The notes below the pieces were generated by a model. The model saw only the letters and a program-made list of their open reading frames with translations, searched no databases and was not told the DNA's origin. The translations under genes were made by a program, and so were the position numbers. From Amoebophrya sp. A120 (taxonomy: Eukaryota > Protista > Dinoflagellata), in NCBI GenBank assembly GCA_905178155.1, contig CAJINV010000033.1, positions 84,736-148,735 of the forward strand: a stretch of 64,000 nt of DNA, given 5' to 3'. Shown here one piece after another: positions 61,701 through 64,000 of the stretch (the first letter of the stretch is position 1; each line of letters begins with the position of its first letter).

Positions 61701-63052
61701 TCTTCATCTTGTCTAGAAATGTTTTTCTAGTTGCTCTCCAAAAACCGGTTACAAATATGAAAATTCGGAAACAAACTGCAGAAAGATGATGCTACATATG
61801 GGTGGATCGAATGTTGTCTTCACCGCACCATCAAGAGGAAGAGGTACAACAAGGAGGCAGCGTGATCATGATCGATTCTGTGTTGTAGTAATAAATCGAA
61901 CGCCTTCAACTTCAACATAACATCTTCGACCAGGGCATGCGTTCCGACATCGGCTCCGCCCTGCACGGGGTTTCGCCTTCGGTTCCGAATTGGTACGAAC
62001 GAGTGGGCTACGACCTGTCCTACTTCATCATCATCACCACCGTGCTGATGAACGTGATTTTCGGTATCATTTTGGACACCTTCGGGTCCCTCCGGGACGA
62101 AACCCAACAGCGGGAGGAGTACATGAAAAATGTCTCCTTCATCTCCTGCCTGGACCGGTCGGAAATCGAGAAGGCAGCGAGCGTGTTGGAGAATCCAGAG
62201 ATCCGATATCCAGAAAAAAACACCCATCCGCATCCATTTTTTGCATGCCAAACACTGGACCTTATGCATGTTCTGCATGACAAACTGGAACTGGATGGGG
62301 ATGGGTGTTTTTTCCTGGATATCCGATCCGGGTTCAAGTACGTGGAGGAGCAAAAGCAAAACAAGTGGAACTATGCACGGCAATAAACATGTGGGCTGGG
62401 CCAGCATCTGGAAACAAGTTCGATACTTGTACAGCTATCTTCACCCTCTTTTGTTACACAAGAACACACTTTATTCACATTCGCATGCGGACTGCGTGTA
62501 ATGCGAGAGCGTTCTGGTGGAATAAACATAACGTTGTCATGTTTATTATTTGGCTGCATTTGATGGAAGTGTTTGCATCGATCATCCGCATCATGATTTT
62601 GGCATCGCAACTTCCTACACCCTGACCCAGATCTTCGATATTTGCATTTGATAGGAACTACCTGAACTACATGTTCTATCTTTTCCGGAAAGAAAAGGAG
62701 AACTACTCCGGTCCCGAGTATCCTTTGTAAATAAGTATCGCACTAGTATCGACTAAATTTCTGTTGCAGATAGATATGCGTGCCAAAGTTTTTTCTTAAG
62801 GTAAAGGTATTAAACCAAGAGCATGACAAGAAAGAACTCAAAGGTTTTTCATGCAGACCAAGAATCTTGTATGTGAATGCGATTTAGACGACACGACTAC
62901 TAGCGCGATAGTAGTTTTGCAAGGTCGATATCGAGTCCTACGTGGCAAACCTGATGAAGGAGGGCGACAGCTCCTGGCTTCCCATAGGAAAATGCCGGCT
63001 TGTCGACGCCGCAACGGCAAAAATCGAGGAGGCGCACCAGCATAAGAAGTGA
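37751..63052 (+). CDS. Inositol 1,4,5-trisphosphate receptor-like Ca2+ release channel (IP3R/RyR superfamily), split by ~40 introners and several GT-AG introns
   Basis: LYMGDVILL..DIRDCLFKV, YGDTIQLFHIKSGKYLTV, FRHLGSGRYL, EGHNLTMQNY, QGPCARNQ, YDLSYFIIITTVLMNVIFGIILDTFGSLRDE and YSGPESYVA occur in IP3R order; stop at 63050-63052. Confidence 0.92.
38491..38739. mobile_element. Introner, singleton
   Basis: tatgtccggcttag / ctgagccgggtata; flanks tttcc/ttccg. Confidence 0.8.
39798..40008. mobile_element. Introner family G-like
   Basis: tatcgcaagaaaaaaa / tttttttcctggata; DR tcggc. Confidence 0.85.
40431..40783. mobile_element. Introner family A-like, degenerate
   Basis: tatcaatcgcaa / ttgcagtgcata; DR decayed; element+5 nt removal is in frame. 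Confidence 0.7.
40886..41147. mobile_element. Introner family A (262-bp subfamily)
   Basis: close copy of 13476-13737; DR gaccg/gacca. Confidence 0.92.
41978..42220. mobile_element. Introner family E
   Basis: family E TIR; DR gagta. Confidence 0.9.
42282..42424. mobile_element. Introner family D
   Basis: tatgcattgcaaaaacatcttcgcgctag as at 18390; DR gccgc/gtcgc. Confidence 0.82.
43441..43660. mobile_element. Introner family F
   Basis: tatggcgttctcaa / ttgaaaacgccata; DR aagct. Confidence 0.9.
43713..43974. mobile_element. Introner family A
   Basis: family A TIR; DR gggcc. Confidence 0.92.
44746..44919. mobile_element. Introner family D, degenerate
   Basis: tatgg...ccata ends; DR cgctc/ctctc. 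Confidence 0.75.
44958..45262. mobile_element. Introner family A-like, degenerate
   Basis: tacccattgcaaatgtg / catatttgcaatgcata; DR attgc/gatgc; joins EQVL-RQITL. Confidence 0.7.
45330..45732. mobile_element. Introner family H
   Basis: tatcaaaatgaaaaatccccccacccc / ggggaggggggatttttcactctcgata; DR cggtc. Confidence 0.88.
46279..46920. mobile_element. Introner family A, enlarged (642 bp); duplicated at 49603-50244
   Basis: family A TIR; DR gcgca. Confidence 0.9.
47270..47424. mobile_element. Introner family D; duplicated at 50594-50748
   Basis: tatgaattgcaaaagtatcgtactcgta TIR; DR agccg. Confidence 0.9.
47806..48063. mobile_element. Introner family A; duplicated at 51130-51387
   Basis: family A TIR; DR caacg. 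Confidence 0.9.
48981..49080. other. Assembly gap (100 N)
   Basis: run of n. Confidence 1.
49081..52304 (+). repeat. Copy 2 of the 3224-bp duplication
   Basis: matches 45757-48980; continues correctly into downstream IP3R exons. Confidence 0.95.
51536..52694. mobile_element. Introner family B, 1159 bp, carrying a nested ~840-bp insert (partial copy starts at 48212)
   Basis: tatcctgagtaaaaacgtccccacaccagag / ctctggtgtggggatgtttttactcaggatt; DR tgtgc; joins LDLC-RGRMS. Confidence 0.88.
51861..51925 (+). repeat. 17-bp tandem repeat aagaaaagcacttcgta, about 4 copies (also at 48537-48601)
   Basis: seen directly inside the nested insert. Confidence 0.9.
53415..53651. mobile_element. Introner family F (inverted relative to 43441)
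   Basis: long TIR tatggcgttctcaaacgttacattctc; DR ttcct/ctcct. Confidence 0.92.
53710..53921. mobile_element. Introner family G
   Basis: gaaaaaagtgt.tacagttacaca TIR; DR tcacc. Confidence 0.9.
54160..54382. mobile_element. Introner, singleton
   Basis: tatcctaccgaaaaa / tttttcggtgtgatc; DR tccga/tctga. Confidence 0.78.
54493..54802. mobile_element. Introner family H
   Basis: tattacaatgaaaaatgcccccacccc TIR; DR tcggc. Confidence 0.9.
54900..55194. mobile_element. Introner family A (diverged member of the 262-bp subfamily)
   Basis: internal similarity to 13476/40886; DR gctaa/gctag. Confidence 0.85.
55350..55519. mobile_element. Introner family D
   Basis: family D TIR; DR cgacg. Confidence 0.85.
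55616..55933. mobile_element. Introner family A
   Basis: gtctgggtctggaa / ttccagaccc; DR gaagt. Confidence 0.85.
56043..56333. mobile_element. Introner family B (inverted)
   Basis: family B TIR; DR cacaa. Confidence 0.88.
56385..56547. mobile_element. Introner family G
   Basis: gtgttacagttacaca TIR; DR cccaa. Confidence 0.9.
56594..56790. mobile_element. Introner family D, degenerate
   Basis: taggcattgca / ttttgcagaggata; flanks tgatt/tggtc. Confidence 0.65.
56816..57077. mobile_element. Introner family A (262-bp subfamily, inverted)
   Basis: reverse complement resembles 40886-41147; DR tcggc. Confidence 0.92.
57134..57395. mobile_element. Introner family A (262-bp subfamily)
   Basis: family A TIR; DR acgag. 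Confidence 0.92.
57513..57818. mobile_element. Introner family H-like
   Basis: tatcgcgagggaaaatcc / ggatttttcttcttgata; DR gtacg/gtgcg. Confidence 0.8.
57916..58113. mobile_element. Introner family D-like
   Basis: tatgcatttttgcaaaagt / acttttgcaatgcata; flanks ggttc/tactc; joins VWF-RMP. Confidence 0.8.
58791..59114. mobile_element. Introner family A, DR decayed
   Basis: tatcacatgcaaatatgt / acatgtttgcaatgtata; element+5 nt removal is in frame. Confidence 0.78.
59249..59587. mobile_element. Degenerate introner
   Basis: tatccactgcaa / ttcaatgcata; DR tcgat/tcgaa. Confidence 0.75.
59663..59876. mobile_element. Introner family C, diverged
   Basis: tatcctacagaaaaaagcgg TIR; DR ctggc. Confidence 0.82.
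60010..60287. mobile_element. Introner family A
   Basis: family A TIR; DR tcgcc. Confidence 0.9.
60306..60455. mobile_element. Introner family D
   Basis: tgcaaaagtatcgtact / agtacgatacttttgca; DR ggaaa. Confidence 0.92.
60516..60678. mobile_element. Introner family D, degenerate
   Basis: tatgaattgc / aatgcata; DR atctt. Confidence 0.82.
60753..61028. mobile_element. Degenerate introner
   Basis: tatcg...gcata ends; flanks aacgg/acctt; in-frame join LEN-VLKAV. Confidence 0.72.
61146..61633. mobile_element. Introner, singleton, DR decayed
   Basis: tatcgcacgaaa / tttcttgcgata; in-frame join PDF-EGAC. Confidence 0.75.
62207..62321. mobile_element. Introner, singleton, 115 bp and stop-free in frame
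   Basis: tatccagaaaaaaacacccatcc / ggatgggtgttttttcctggata; DR tccga. Confidence 0.92.
62372..62653. mobile_element. Introner family A-like
   Basis: tatgcacggcaa / ttgcatttgata; DR ggaac; joins KWN-YLNY. Confidence 0.85.
62719..62930. mobile_element. Introner family D, degenerate
   Basis: tatcc...cgata ends; DR ccgag/tcgag; joins YSGPE-SYVA. Confidence 0.85.
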
Positions 63053-64000
63053 AGTAGTAGCCTCGTGCTCGTACGAGGAATAAAAATAGAAGGGGCAGGC
63101 CGGGAAACTTCAAAAATGATCTTCGTCCTCCGTTGAAAATTGCTTTCCTCGAGCTCGACTTACACTTTGCCATGCAGGAAGATAGCTGCGAAATACTAGA
63201 ACGAAGTACTACACAGGAACTTAAGTATCAAAACTGTTATTTCCAGGAATGATCTTACTAAGCAAAATAACGTAAAAGAATCTGCGTCTAGAAGTTTCTA
63301 AAAAGATTGCCCTTGACGAAAGGCTGTGAAATAAATCTGCTGAATACTTTTGCATGCTTTCTCCAGTACAGACAACTTGATAGTAATAGAAACACAAGAG
63401 TCAGCATCTCGCTTGTGGGTCCGAATAGAGGTAAGTAGAAGTACACCTGTCGAGCTTTCGCTGCAATAGCGTTGAGTGACGAGGCTGTAATAATTTGTTT
63501 TCGCGGTGAATGATGTATACGAATCTTTTGGATGAACATGGGCCGGATAGAAGTAGGCTGTTCAATATTCAGTTTCTTTTGTAATCACACACCTGCAGTT
63601 GATGCCGTAAATCCTATTAACAAAAAGAAGCTGAGCAATTTCTTTTTCTGAATTCCAAAGGTGGTGACTGAAGAACTTGTAACCTTTTGGTACTATGAAA
63701 GCCGGCATGCCACATGGATAAGTATGTGCCCCCGTGTGTTTGGCAAGCTGCTCAACACCTTCTAAAGGGCACGTCGGGAAATGCAAGCTACAATTGCATT
63801 TGTAAAGAGGATGAAAATTAGAATTACAACATGATTTTTTCAAAGGCAGCCCACAGCTACTTACAACCTTCTCACCCGTCGTCTTTGAAGACAAAGTTTG
63901 GTGTGTAATCTTGAAAAAATGAAAAATCGTATCGTCGCTGAAAATCATATCGATAGCGCAGGAAAAATCTTTGCGGCGCACGTAGATGACCACCTGGAGA

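Noticed and set aside
13476-62653. Recurrent short ORFs such as CKNVWVWKLVML, AKMSGSGR and FPDPDIF as a protein repeat family
   Set aside because: They are translations of the family A TIR in several frames and strands, not genes
13476-62653. Dispersed ~30-bp repeats as a CRISPR array
   Set aside because: They occur as inverted pairs with irregular spacing inside eukaryotic genes, and no cas genes are present
3444-62930. Ciliate-type IES (DNA excision) because of the TA-containing ends
   Set aside because: The code is standard, the repeat is a variable 5-mer rather than TA, and hybrid junctions fit RNA splicing. It cannot be formally excluded without data.
37751-63052. IP3R-like gene as a transposon-riddled pseudogene
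   Set aside because: The frame and conserved motifs are restored at the junctions I translated, through to the stop codon
63100-64000. ORFs at the window end
   Set aside because: AT-rich, no motif support; possibly UTR or the edge of a neighbouring gene

Overview
Eukaryotic genomic DNA. It is inferred to come from a parasitic dinoflagellate (Amoebophrya/Syndiniales-like), based on the gene content, the all-co-directional genes and the intron architecture. Eight intron-containing genes, all on the + strand, can be reconstructed: SDA1, DAD1/OST2, an Avt3/4-like amino-acid transporter, a TrpF-like TIM-barrel protein, a large Ser-rich PAN/apple-like membrane protein, a 5'-incomplete unknown gene, a C2H2/J-domain protein and a ~25 kb IP3-receptor-like channel. 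The dominant feature is about 58 non-canonical introns, counted by eye, that are MITE-like introner elements. They almost all read TAT...ATA, have terminal inverted repeats and a 5-nt flanking direct repeat, fall into at least 8 sequence families, occur in both orientations, and share an internal TGTCATGC-type motif. Removing element+5 nt restores the reading frame at the junctions I translated. Diverged repeats point to a fixed 4+1 splice register with no GT-AG requirement. A 3.2 kb duplication around a 100-N gap is probably an assembly artefact. All coordinates and alignments were made by eye.
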